A stretch of DNA of 64,000 bases, taken from positions 728,828,827-728,892,826 of the forward strand of contig NC_058130.1 in assembly GCF_016433145.1 (NCBI RefSeq). Reading direction: 5' to 3'. Below the pieces are notes generated by a model. That model made no database searches. It was given only the letters and a program-made list of their open reading frames with translations, and was not told where the DNA came from. Position numbers and translations under genes: made by a program. Each line of letters starts with the position of its first letter. Positions within the stretch are counted from its first letter, which is position 1. This document shows positions 62,168 through 64,000 of this stretch, piece by piece. Source of the stretch: Gracilinanus agilis. Lineage: Eukaryota.

Positions 62168-63289
62168 GTGAGTCTTGGTTAGACCTCAGAAGAATGGAAA
62201 GGTTGGGGGGACGGGGGAAATGTGGGGAAAGATGGGGCCTGCCCTTTTAACTCCACAATCTGTGATTGTGGAACGAGGGCCTAGGAGGGTTCCTAGAGCA
62301 GGGTTGGGGAAGACTCATACACGGTCCTTTATTTCCTGTTGTCCTTTCTGGGGTCCCCCAGCTGCCTGGAAGGGGAAGAGGAACTGAACTACTTAAGCCT
62401 CAGTCTGCTCTATGAACTACCCCTCTCCCCAGCATGATCCCAACCTCAGAAATTGCCTCTGTTCTGGCTTCTGAGAAAGTGGATGGCCTATGGACCCTGC
62501 CCCTAGAATGCATGGCATTTTCTTCTTTTCCCTGGGAGTCTCCAACCCCTCCTCATACTTATCCCAGGCTGCTCTGCCTGGGTGGCTTGACCTTGGGATA
62601 GCAGAGGCTCCGGCCTGGCTCCTCCCAGTCCTCCTGAGAAACAAGTGCCCTTTGTAATAGAGTGCTGCCGCACCCAGGGCCCTCCCTCTTCTCAAGGTCA
62701 GCCTGAGCTCCTGGCCTTGGCCTACTGCAGCTGGTGCACATACCTGGGGATCTCCTCTTGCTCCCTTGGCTTAAACCTTATAGGAACTCACCCATTCCCT
62801 CAGAACCTATTATCAGAGGGAAAGTAGGCCTTCCTTCCATTTAGCAGTAATGCCTTTTCTCTACAGACAGATTTTATCCCTTTATAGGAGACGATGGGCT
62901 ACCATACACAAAGCTAGCCTGACACAGCAAGACTGCAAGGCCACCTTTGTGCATTTGGGGAGGGGTGTGCAGTGGCCAGGAAACACCTCCTAAAGCATGT
63001 GGTGTAGTGGAAAAAACACCTGATTTAACCACGCTTCAAAAATCATGGCTGCATATATAACCTTGGGCAAATCATTTCCCCTTCTCTGGTGCCCCTGGGA
63101 TGAGGGGACTGGACTAGCCCATCTCCAAGGTCTCTTCCAGCTCTGAATCCTCTGATCTCAAGACCACTCCCAAGACAGCTGAAAATTCTACCTATTGAAC
63201 CCTCCTTTGGCCCAGTATTGCTTTTTTATTTTTTTTTTCAGGATACCTCTCTTACAGTAAAGAACTTCACTCTGGGAGATGAATTTAGG

Positions 63290-63900
63290 CATGGAATCTC
63301 AGAGTTGGAAGGACCCTCAGAGGTCATCTACTCCAGCATCTATCCAGATTGAAATACCATCAGTAACAGGGAGTTCACTTGCCCTCTTAGCAAGCCCATT
63401 CCATATTAAATAGGTGAACAGGTTTTTATTTAGGTTGAACCAAAATCTGTCTCCTCTTGTTCTTATTCTGTTCTCTGAATCCAAATAGCAAGTCTTTTCT
63501 CGTGATAGCCCAGGAAATATTTTAAAACAGCTACCACACTTCCTCGAAGTCTTCCCCTCCTCAGTTCCTTTAGTGGCACTTGAATCATCTAGTCCCAGTA
63601 GTCTTCCTGATAAATGAAGCTCCAAATTGGCCATTGTGCTCATGACAAGAGCAGAAGCCACAGCCTAGAGAAAACTGTTGGATCCCAAAGTGGGTACACA
63701 AGATTTCTATTTATTCAGCTGTTTGATCAGTAACAGCACATCACACTGCTGACTCCTGGAGTTCACTAAAAGTCTTAGGACTTTTTTCACAAGAACAACA
63801 TGTTGTCTAAGTTCACTTCCCCTATCCTATGCTTTTGGAACTGATTTTTTTTCAATCTCCTTGTAGGTCATTCTTGCTTATTAAATTTTATCTTGTTAAC
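63290..63900 (-). mobile_element. CR1/L3 LINE 3' end (antisense)
   Basis: 'gaatctcagagttggaaggaccctcagaggtcatcta' is the reverse complement of the L3/MIR3 tail, followed by L3-type body. Confidence 0.65.
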
Positions 63901-64000
63901 TACGACTACAGCATTACTCTGATCTACTGGTCTAGTAAACATTTCTTTTATTTTTTCTAATTTATTATTTATTTTTAGCATTCTTTTTAAATTTTGAGTT

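Overview
This is eukaryotic, intron-containing mammalian DNA. The tRNA-derived CORE-SINE copies match the SINE1_Mdo type, which points to a didelphid marsupial (opossum-like; inferred). The window holds the conserved block syntenic to human 19p13.3: JSRP1 (+, 6 coding exons, 357 aa), AMH (-, 5 exons, 642 aa, with an intact SF-1/GATA/SOX promoter), SF3A2 (-, 8 coding exons, 561 aa) and the first three exons of PLEKHJ1 (+). SF3A2 and PLEKHJ1 share a head-to-head CpG-island promoter. All exon models were built by hand from GT-AG sites, and the phases close correctly. The rest is SINE, L1, L2, CR1/L3, hAT MITEs, a probable solo LTR, microsatellites and a 280-N assembly gap. I found no new gene system. 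The most unusual signals are: three exact copies of AAACTTTATTG in the bidirectional promoter; a 36-unit SF3A2 heptad array; interlocked JSRP1/AMH poly(A) signals; a ~6 kb retroelement-filled SF3A2-AMH gap; and an N-terminally extended AMH with an extra RERR motif. Human comparison values are recalled from memory, not looked up.
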